NCBI RefSeq assembly: GCF_964355755.1 | Contig: NC_092671.1 | Location: 34,730,304-34,794,303, forward strand | Direction of reading: 5' to 3' | From: Antedon mediterranea | Lineage: Eukaryota; Animalia; Echinodermata | Length of the DNA stretch: 64,000 bases | Shown here: positions 13,738 to 24,000 of the stretch, piece after piece | Layout of the letters: each line of letters begins with the position of its first letter | Position numbering within the stretch: the first letter of the stretch is position 1 | Notes under the pieces: model-generated | What the model saw: the letters and a program-made list of their open reading frames with translations, nothing else | Told to the model about the DNA's origin: nothing | Database searches by the model: none | Translations under genes and position numbers: made by a program

Positions 13738-13753
13738 CATGGAGGAAAAAATG
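13738..13753. mobile_element. P-superfamily-like excision footprint with 7-bp TSD GTAGTAC
   Basis: GTAGTAC-CATGGAGGAAAAAATG-GTAGTAC. Removing it restores the LINE knuckle CKMCSTNEKETVNHFLFKC. Confidence 0.7.
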
Positions 13754-14896
13754 GTAGTACTAACGAAAAAGAAACAGTAAACCATTTTTTATTTAAATGT
13801 CCTTCATTAAACTCTGTTAGACAATAATTAAGTATGTACTAACTGGGATAATTTGAATTGTGGATCTCAGGAATTAAAACACCACTTTATGCTAGACAAT
13901 TTATTCACTGAAAATGAAACATTAGGAAAAATCTTTGATTTTTATTGTAAAAAATATTTAATGAAAGCATGGGTTACTAGATCTACAATGTTATCAGCAT
14001 TACCTCTCTCAACTAATTGATTAATATAGTAAACAGACACCTCTATGAGGATGTATCTGTATGTTTTATTTATTTATTAGGCCTATCCTGTATTTTTGTT
14101 GTTCTGTTTTTATTTTTGTAGTTATATATATTGTACAATTTACATATTATGTATTTTCATACAGATCTAATTAATTAATTAGTTTACATTTTGTTTTAAT
14201 GGTATGTATTGGTATTTAGAACTTTGTGGCTTATGTTATCTGTAATTTTGTCTGTAAATTGGATGCACCATTAACTGATAAATGTGTGACACCGATATAA
14301 AGGTGATTCCTATGAATAAATAAATAAACTAAACTAAACACTACAGTATAATCAAAATTAAAGCATATTAAATACTAGGCCTATGTTATTCCTATCTGGG
14401 TTTAAACACTTTAAATTTTAGTACAATCCGATTCGAAATTAGAAAATGTTAAATACTACAATACAATCGGAATTAAAACATCCTAAATACTACATTACAA
14501 TCGATATTAAAATATCCTAAATCCTACATTACAATCGGTTAAATTACCTAAACTCTATAATGTTGTGAAATATGTAAAAGAATGTTGGCAAATGCATTCT
14601 AATTGGCCCAATCGTATAGGTAGATAAATCATATTTTTTATTTTCTTGAACTAAACATTAAAACAAAAGAAATAAGGATTGATTTTCGAAAACATAATTG
14701 GTCTGACAGTATACATTAATTAAAGTAAAGGAAGTAGAGATTGTTAACAATTATAAGTATTTGGTAGTAGTGTTTGACTAAAGCTTAAATGGGTGGACAT
14801 GTTAATCGTAGTTAAATACAAGGCTGTACTGCTTGAGGAAACTCGGTTCTTTGGGGTAAAGCAGGATATTTGTACTATAGAATGTTTATGTTTTAC

Positions 14897-14928
14897 CATG
14901 GAGAAATAAGTTAACTTATTTCTCCATG
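14897..14928. mobile_element. P-superfamily-like excision footprint (16+16 bp) with 7-bp TSD GTTTTAC
   Basis: GTTTTAC-CATGGAGAAATAAGTT/AACTTATTTCTCCATG-GTTTTAC; the insert is a perfect palindrome. Confidence 0.75.
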
Positions 14929-17900
14929 GTTTTACTAATCAGTGATGTTCTATTTGGGCATATTGTATATTGGGCTAGGAATATCAGTAAGGGAATGTAA
15001 GGAGGATAAAGACCGAATTGAGAAGGTACTGGGTAGAACGTGGAAAGTAATTGGTTTGTCTATGCAAATGCTTGACTCGTTCTACAGCGAACGGCTTGCC
15101 GATGTATTCCATGCTATATTGGAAGACACCAATCATCCTCTTCATGGCGACATTATCAGCTCCGTTTTGCATTCGCTATTATAACGTTTTGATGCAAACG
15201 TTGTTCAATTAGAACATGTATTTCTACACAGAAACGTGTTTAAAACGTTTAAAAAAAACCAAACCTAAAAACACGCAATGTCAAACGCTGTGTTTTCTGG
15301 GAACAAAATGGTACAGATTCATTGACAAAATTATAATGTTTATTTGTTTTACTGATTACCTAATAATCAGTATGTTATAGATCTTATTAAATGTACTAGT
15401 ACTACTGTCATCTTTATCAAATGTACTACTGTGTTATCGTTGGGTAAATTATATTTTTTATTTGTAACTGGAATAAAAACTTTCTTTATATACTTTCTGT
15501 ATCTATAAATCTGTAAAAATTATATAGAAATAAAGAGCCATAATATACTGCATTAACTTGAAAACTGAAATTAATTTTACAGCATGCAGGGCGTAGTTGT
15601 TTTCCCTTGGTTGCTGAAACATAATGCACTAACAAAAGAACAAAAGCAGCAGTATTTTGACACATTAACACACTCAATTAATAAATGGGACACCCCTATT
15701 TTCCCATCTTTTTATAATGGTATAGTCCATATACGTCGATGTGGCCGAAAACGGCACCTGATCCCGACCACTTACGAAGTAATTTTTTTTAAATAACAAT
15801 ACTTTTCAAAACATCAAAACAATACTGAACTCGCTGTCAACACACTGCGAAATGTTCGCCATCTTATATTTATCACTTAATTGCCAGAATGTATGCTTCA
15901 TTTTCACCCCAAAAATGTAGAAACTATAGAGGGCAGTGTTATAAAATCCGATTACACATATATAACCTATGCCTATTTAATTTTGAAAGGCAAGAAATGT
16001 TTTCAGCTGGCGAAATAGAGGTTAAATTAATATCTCATTATTAGTATTATTATTCATATTATTAATAGTTCCTATCAATGTTTTATGTACGGACTTGTAT
16101 CGTCGCCGTTTTGATATGTTCAGCTGGTTCTTTATAAAAAAAAACACCACTCTTTGCAGTTTTAAAATAAAAACAGAAAATAAAACATGCATTGATTTCT
16201 GGCAATTTTCTGATTCTAAAATGGCCACAGTTCGATCCAAGTATTCGCGGAAAAAGAGCTGTTTTGAAAGGCATTTTTTATTGTGATAAAGGTAATATAA
16301 CGGTGGCTAAATCATGGGAACATGTTACATAATGGCCCAAAATTGTATGATGTGGGCGTGAGAAAAAAATTAAGCAAGAAATCGAAGAAACAACAGTGTG
16401 GTGCGAAACTGCAGTAGCGCCACTAATCTTTTCTTGCAATGAGCACCGCTGCCACCATGTTTCACGTTTCGTGAATGGTAGAATATAACAATAAAGATAC
16501 GGACTAAATAACTCGTGTTACTCGGTAGCCATATTTATTCAGATCAAGACATAGCGCCTTCAGTCGGGGCACGATACTGTGACAACATGAGTCCAAATTC
16601 GTTCAGATGAAGACGGAGTTCATCGGTGACAATACTCTCGAGCACCTTTGAGAACAAAGATGTCAGTTCAATTGGTCTATAGTTGCATAGGTTCGTCTTG
16701 CTGAGCTTCTTATGGACTGGTGCGATGTTTGCACATTTCCATGTCGAAGGAAAGAAATGTAATCATAATGGAGATTTGAGAAATCATTTGAGAGTACACA
16801 CGGGTGAAAGACCATATAAATGAGAACACTAGGAAGAAATTTAAAGAGAGTGGAAGTTTGAATAACTATATTATGTTTTATCCATGTTATCTGTTATATG
16901 CTGTATTGTAGGCCTACCGAGGGAGTGTATTATCAAGAAGTATTTTACTGAGAAATAAACCAATGTGATAATGTTTAGTCATCTTATAGAACTATTTTAT
17001 TACTTTCAAATCCAGTTGTTAAAGATCCAGTTGAAAAAAAAAATGTTTATGTTGAATATGCCAAATGTTCCATAATACAGTTCACCTGAAGTCAAATTGG
17101 CTCCCAGAATCAATCTCATCTCCAGCATTTTTCCACACCTCGATCTCTCTTTGTTTTTCATCATAATGTTTACTACAGTGTTAGTACTAGTAGACGATTC
17201 TTGAGGGTGTTTTTCATCTGTCACTGGTAAATCTATAGGTACATGTATGTGACATTGTGGTTGTGGAACGCTTGTTGTAGAAGTGCCAGTAAGGTATACC
17301 CTTTTTGAACGATCTACTCATGGTAGTTCTTACTCTTACAAAAAGCCGTTTTGATTTAACCATTCTAGAGAAAAACAAGATTATTATTATTAAATGTCGG
17401 GAGAAAACCTAGTGGCATGCTGTTTGATTAATAATACTATGATATGATTGGTCATTTTAATACCAGGGCAATACACGTGCACGCAGTAACAACTCTGAAA
17501 ATCTCGAAAACAAAAACAGGCCTCTCATCGGTGTTTTCCAGAAAATTGTATTCACACTAGGGCCTATAGGCCTATTAGTATATTATTAGTATTAAATATG
17601 TATATATGCCTAGGCCTAGTATTAACTTTTGGCAGGGTTTTTTTTTTTGTTGGGTACGAGTCATCTAACATTTGGGTACGAGTCAGCTAAAATAAAATTT
17701 GGGTAGCCTAGCCTACCTACGATTTGGCATGGTCGATGATGATGGGCCGGCCCACAGTGGGCCAGAATTGGTTCAAAGTGTGCCAAAAGTCTATACGCAT
17801 AAATAAACACTAATAATACCTTAATTTTTAAAGGATCTAAGGAATTTTCAGACCCGTAGAATTTAATGGAAGTATTTTTAAATAGGTATGACGTAATACA

Positions 17901-18319
17901 AATTGTGTTTTCTGATTGGTTGAGGCGAATGTGCTTGTAATTCTTATGTCGATTGATATTACATTCATTATTGAAAGTGTAAGGGTTTCTATTACACCTA
18001 ATAAATCCAACTGGAACATTTTCTTAATATATTAGACGTCATAAATTAATAATTTTTGATTAGATGACTTTAATTCTCATTGCAATATCATGTGTGATTA
18101 AATTGCATCGATGATTAAAACGTACTTAAATTATTTAAAGATCCACAGAGTTCAATGAAACCATCTTTTTAATGTACAGTATGATGTCATTACAAATACT
18201 GTTTTCTGATTGTGTGAATAATATTAATATTGAAAATATAGGTTTGTATTGCATGTTACAAATAAGGGTTTAAATGACTGAAATACATCACTTATGTTGT
18301 CGTTTGTTTTCATTGTATG

Positions 18320-18776
18320 TTTTCGTTGATAGACTCTTCGCTCACCATACCTATCAGTAATACAGAACTCGAAATAATTGATGAACCATGAACTAGGAGA
18401 ACATGTACACTCACTGGCATTTTATACCATGGATAGAGTTGTATATAGGCCTATAACTCTGCTGTTTTTCGGCAGTAGTCCCTAAATTGTAAAGGGTCTA
18501 AACACGTACTAGATTTACATCCAACCCGCAAATTTCAGCGAAAGTCTCCTTTTCCTGGAGAGCTAGCTCTGCAAGCTATGTTGCCATTGTTTTCCTGAAC
18601 CTTGTTTAAGTTCATCTACTTTCATTCCTATATCTTCTTTAAACCGATCGTGTATTTCTTTTCTTCATATAGAAGTGGGTGGCCGAGCGGTTAAGACAGT
18701 GGAACCGTAATCACGTAGCCATAACATCGGCAGGGGTTCGAGGCTCACTCACTCCATGGTTCTGGTGGTAGAACGA

Positions 18777-18810
<34 letters not shown>

Positions 18811-20190
18811 AGAGTACACAACTTGCTCGTGTGTACTTTATTTAAAGAACCTAGTACATCTTTCGAGATGAGTAGGGGTTTACCCCGGTGTATTAGTACA
18901 TCACAGCCACTGATCACCAACTGGGTCCTCTTTGACTGAAGAGGTCACCCAGTATAAAGATAAAAAAAAAAAAAGGCAACGATGGCTTTTTCACTATCAG
19001 ACGAAATACGCCACTTTTTTTACTGGCATTCTGTACCAATATGAATTAGCATTTCGAAGCACCTACTCCATTTTTGTAGTGGCGAGAGCCATAGCTGTAG
19101 GCTTCTTCACTTGACGATGGGAATTTATCCAAATCATTAAACTGTTTTGGAGTAGCTCCACATAACATCGCATTGAATACTTGGTTTCAGTCAAAGCATT
19201 CACGACCTTTTGGTCAACTATGGTGAATTGTAAATTGTAGTGTATTTAGATGTTGTCTTTTCTGTTTTCATCTCCAGCCAGTTCATAGTTAATTAATATC
19301 AAATAATATATTGAATTGCAGGTGTAAAGGTCGGCAAAATCACGAGGAAGTATCTTTATGTTCAACTACTTCTTCTTTAATTTCTTCTTTTTTTAACTGA
19401 ACAATTCGAAGTGCAGTTTGGTCCAGCAAGCTCTTGCTGAATCTTCTTTAACCGTTATATTATTTGCGTAGCATCTATGCTTAGCTTCCCTCATGTTCCA
19501 CAAACCTGTTTGGTATGACTGTTTTGTCATATCAGTTTCAACTAGCTAAAAGTGACAAAGCTTTTTCACTTGTAAACTTGATCTGTTCTGTTTTTTATCT
19601 CGGATATTAACTTTCTTATTTTAGCTGGTCTTAATGGTGTTAGCATTGCAAACTTCAGCACATATTTTAAATGTGAATTTTGCTTATAGACGCCTTGTGA
19701 AGCAGCATAGAGAAGTTCTTCTGGTTCTCTGACTAATAATAGCTGATGAAATGAACCTTGTGACGGCCATACTTGTACCATCTTCTTCGTAAATAATAAA
19801 GAAAATAGTTTGATAGTTTTAGTAGTATACTCCAAAAGTTCTTTTGGTATGTTCTCGTCATTCCTTACATTGTAATGTAAACGCAATTCACGTAAACATA
19901 CATTGCAGGCTAGTTCAATGTTGGTAATTAAACCAGCCGAATGGACAGCTTTAAAGGTTGTATTTTGATATGGAGGCCATGTTACCTGTACCTACATTTA
20001 TGAATGCTTATTCTCACACTGGTAGCATTCTCTTTTCCAATACAGACGCGTCGTGGAAAGGTTTTTTCTTCGTCAAGTTTGTGCGATGGCGGTACATCAA
20101 TGTGTCAATGAAAATGCATTATACATTTATTTAAAACGGGACATTTAAACAGCTTCCTATATGCAATGTCGCAAATTTTCGCAGCCAAAT
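18320..20190 (-). pseudogene. Transib transposase pseudogene (frameshifts, deletions, SINE insertion)
   Basis: Manual translation gives, in order: ELLYAA..TPLRPAKIRK, SEKALSLL.VETDMTKQSYQ, EAKHRCY..ITVKEDSA, LLDQTALRI, FCRPLHLQF, TIVDQKVVNALTETK..RCY.CGATPK, SPLQKWSRCFEMLIHI, FKEDIGMKVD, LYPWYKMPVSVHVLLVHG, IGMVSEE. This is the Transib core motif order. The first catalytic-Asp region appears deleted. Confidence 0.9.
18672..18974 (+). mobile_element. tRNA-derived SINE with a Deu/Nin-like central domain, inserted in the Transib transposase
   Basis: A box TGGCCGAGCGG (18680-18690) and B box GGTTCGAGGC (18735-18744). Core gataaggactataaaccgtaggtcc...aaagaacctagtacatctttcgagatgagtagggg. Poly(A) at 18962-18974. 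Confidence 0.85.
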
Positions 20191-21029
20191 TTGGTATTAA
20201 CGTAAAGCTCAAGCTTTGCTCAAAATATTAATGTCAAAATTAGCGCGCGAATCGACGCGAATTCAAACTATTTTATTGGTTTTACTTTAAAAATATGATT
20301 TTTTGGTATTTTTGGGCTATATTTTGTGACTTTTAACCCTAAAATAAAGCAATAATCGAAAATGTTATTTTACTGCCTAATATTATTAATAACAGACAAC
20401 AATTTCATGCAGTATCAAATCCATTGCTTTTTTCTAAAAAAAATAACAGCGAATTTATCAAAACTGTTGTTTTTGCTCATTTTAAGTGAAATGTTATGGT
20501 TTCTTCAAGTTTCCATGGTTACAAGACACTATTAAAATTTACAAAAAATAAAATCATTAGTGGATTTATATAATTTAAAATGTCTTCTTCCTAATCCAAT
20601 ATTAAAATGTTTGGAATGCCACATTTACCATTTTGGACTTTTGGCACACTTTGAATTGATTCTGGCCCACACTGTGCGGCCGGGTACGGGATGATATACA
20701 TAGATAGCTAGGCAAGTAGGCCTAGTAGTAGGCCTGGCTAGTACTACTAGTACTAGCCTAGGCCTAGACCCTAGGCTACTACTACTAGTAGTAGTAGTAC
20801 TACTAGCTATATACTACTACTAGGCCTAGATAGGCCCCTATATAGGCTAGCCTTAGGCCTAGATCCTCAGTCTAGCTTGCCCTACTCCCTAACCGGGTGC
20901 TGGCAGTAAAACACTTACAGTACTTTGTTGACTGCCTAGCTAAGCCTGTCTTTAGGGGTGTCACGAAACCTAAGACCACGAAAGCTAAGACCCCCTAAGA
21001 CCTAAGATCACGAAAGCTAAGACCCAAGA

Positions 21030-24000
21030 TATTACAAGTGTGACTCGTCAACACGGTTCTTTTAATTCAACTACTGTTTTTATTACTTCACCGAGCGTAA
21101 CGTAGTTTGCATAATTTGCAAATAACAAACAAATATAATTAGCATATTAACAGAACATATGTGACATCTTTCCTTTTCTAACAAAATAAATTTCTAAAGT
21201 TTAATTTTTATCTTTTTTTTAAAAATTAATATCAAAAGTAAATTAGACACGATATATCACATTCTCATAAATAAATAATATTACTTTTCCTTAAACATAA
21301 ATTGTTTCTTAGATCACATTCATATGTTTCAAATTGTTTCTTAGATCACATTCATATGTTTCAAATTGTTTCTTAGATCACATTCATATGTTTCATACAT
21401 TATAGGATGGTTTGAAAATAAACATAAAATGAAGTTAATTATTGATACATTTATTTATAATCCAATCGATCCGGTGGACGACTAACACGATCACTTCTAC
21501 GTAAGGGTGGTGCTTCCGGTACCTTCTGCAAAGTTGGTACGCCCTTCTGCAAAGTATCCGGTTGTTGAGTGTTTAATAAATGTTGTCGATTCCGTCTGTA
21601 CGACGTTCCATCTTCGGTCATCACTACATATGAACGGGGTAGCTCATGTTCATTAGCCACAACAGCAGGTTCCCATTGCCGTCCTTTCAATATTCTCACG
21701 TTGTCCCCTTTTCTTAGTTTCGTCAATACACGTGTACCACGATCATAATATTTTGTCATAGACTGTTGACGTGACTGAAGAAAATCTCTAGCTCCGACAA
21801 TAACTTGTGGTTGCAGCAATGTATGTGTGACTGGAAGTGTTGACCTTAACTTTCTGCTCATCAACAACTGAGCAGGAGAACAATTCAACCCTGCAATAGG
21901 TGAATCACGATAGTCTAGTAGAGCAAGATGAAAATCGCTTCCCTCATCAACGGACTTCCTCATGAGTTGCTTAATGGTTTGGACGAAACGTTCAACTTGC
22001 CCATTACTTCTGGCATATGTCGGACTGGACGTCACTAAATCAAACCCCCACTGGTTAGCAAACCGTTTGAACTCGTAGCTGGCGAACGGCATGTTATCAG
22101 TCATTAATATTTCAGGGATGCCATGTCTTGAGAATATAGATTTCAATTTTTTGATGATTTCTCCAGCCGTTTTGCTAGTGAGTGTCACTACTTCCGGGTA
22201 TTTGGAAAAATAGTCAACTACAATAAGATGATCTCTGCCAGCGAATGTAAATATATCCGCGCCCAGCTTAGCCCATGGTCTCATAGGAACCTTATGTGGA
22301 ATGATCGGCTCCCGTTGATTTCTACGCATGAACTTTACACAAACAGGGCACCTTGACACTACTGATTCTATATCGTTGGTCATACCTGGCCAATACAAAA
22401 TAGACCTGGCCCTCGCCTTACACTTCTCCATCCCAAGGTGACTTTCATGAATTTTATTCAGCATATCTGCTCTCATTTGGCTAGGAACAATCAACTTCTC
22501 ACCTAAAAACACAAGACCATCAATTTCATGTATCTCATCACGAAGATGCCAATACTGCCTAACTTGCTCCGGTGCACCCCATCTATGTTTAGGCCACCCG
22601 CTTTTGCATGTTAGAATTAGAGTTTGGAGTATCACATCTGCATGTGTAGCTCGTATTGCTTCTTCAATTTTTGCTTTACTCATGGGCAATATTTCGTCTA
22701 GACTATGCACCCTATATTTCAACTGTTCAAGGGGTTGGGCATCACGATCAACCTTATCAGGATATGCTCTGCTGAGAGCATCAGCTATGTACATGTACTT
22801 TCCAGGAACATACTTAACATCAAGCTCATACTTTATCAATTTGAGCAGCATTTGTTGTATTCTAGGACTAGCTTTATGGAGTGGTTTACGTGTGATTGTT
22901 TCGAGTGGTTTATGGTCAGTGTGAACTTCAACAGCTCGGCCATATACATATTGGTGGTATTTGTGTATAGAAAAGCAGATCGCCAACATCTCCTTCTCAA
23001 TTTGTGAGTAATTAACTTCAGCTGATGTTAACGACCTAGAGGCAAACGCAACCGGATGACCCTCTTGAAGCAAACAGCTTCCGAGCCCTGTGGATGATGC
23101 ATCACATTGGATAATGGTTGGCTTCTGTGGATCAAAGAAACTTAAGACTGGTTTGCTACTAATCAACGCCTTTAACTGCCTCAGGGATTCTGCTTGTTCT
23201 GGACCCCAAAACCATGCAACATCTTTCTTGAGCAATTCCCGGAGAGGTGCACTCACATTGGACATATTAGGTATGAATTGTGACAGATAATTAAGCATCC
23301 CCATTATACGTTGCAAGTCAGATTTACATTGTGGGTCAGGCATTTCTTTGATAACTCTAACCTTTTCTTCGTCTGGTTTCTGTCCATCGGCACTCACCAC
23401 GTTTCCCATGAACACCAATTCAGACTGTTTATACTTAAGCTTGCTTCCATTGAATTTGGCATTGTTCGCTCTGGCCGTATCCATCACCCTCTGTACTGTT
23501 GCATTATGCTCTGCTTCACTACCTGTAGCTATAATCATATCATCAGATATTATGTGTACGTTAGGTATATGACCAAATATTTGCTGGTTTCGTTTCTGTA
23601 GCACCTCACTAGCACTGCAGATACCAAATGGCATTCTTAGAAAACTGTATCGTCCAAAAGGAGTATTGAATGTACATATATCTGCGCTAGCGTCAGTAAG
23701 AGGAACTTGCCAGTACGCATCTTTCTGGTCAAAGACAGTGAAAAGTGTTTTACCTGACAGCTGACTCACTACGTCCTTACCGGTCGGTATCATATGATGT
23801 TCACGTCTAATGGCTTTGTTCAAATCACGTGGATCCAAACACAACCTCAAGGATCCGTCTCGTTTCTCCACTATCACTAGGCTGTTGACCCAATCTGTTG
23901 GTTTGTCGGTCCGTTTAATCACGCCCCTCTTCTCCATATCGTCAAGTTTTTCTTTCAGCTTGGTATGCAGACTAAGTGGCACCCTGCGGGGTGGATGGAC

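Larger units (their letters stand above)
13142..15764. mobile_element. Segment bounded by 51-bp inverted repeats, containing old LINE fragments
   Basis: 13142-13192 is the reverse complement of 15714-15764 (2 mismatches). No TSD found. Inside are a LINE 3' end (~13420-14340), a short tandem array (~14400-14560) and a LINE RT tail fragment (~14690-15180). Confidence 0.6.
11176..16584 (-). mobile_element. Non-autonomous Gypsy LTR retrotransposon (gag-protease only) with an internal insertion or cargo
   Basis: 127-bp LTRs at 11176-11302 and 16458-16584 (TG..CA, one mismatch seen). TSD ACATG. PBS TGGTGGCAGCGGTG is tRNA-Leu-like. Polypurine tract at 11303-11316. Confidence 0.93.
9737..16757 (-). 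mobile_element. 5'-truncated CR1/L2-group LINE, split by an LTR element (segments 16757-16590 and 11175-~9737)
   Basis: RT ORF 9969-11183 has GVPQGSVLGP and YADD. The upstream piece reads FPSTWKCANIAPVHKK..NYRPIELTSLFSKVLE and joins in frame once the LTR element is removed. A-rich microsatellite 3' tail near 9737-9770. Confidence 0.92.
9600..16870 (+). pseudogene. Decayed C2H2 zinc-finger gene split by a LINE (fragments ~9600-9715 and ~16749-16870)
   Basis: Left fragment reads KKFK*SEHLQINLRIHT. Right fragment reads [34 protein letters not shown]. Same finger style as the genes at 33368 and 41222. Confidence 0.7.
17753..20676 (-). mobile_element. Transib DNA transposon (RAG1-related superfamily), decayed and internally deleted
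   Basis: TIRs of ~39-41 bp begin CACAGTG at both ends. GC-rich 5-bp TSD CGGCC at 17748-17752 and 20677-20681. Contains a transposase remnant. Confidence 0.93.

Noticed and set aside
17795-18320. RAG2-like gene opposite the transposase, as in ProtoRAG
   Set aside because: Only ~500 bp of AT-rich DNA with no ORF or kelch-like motifs. The core motifs are Transib-type, not RAG1-type.
18672-18760. tRNA gene
   Set aside because: The A/B boxes lead into a SINE body and poly(A), and I cannot fold a convincing cloverleaf.
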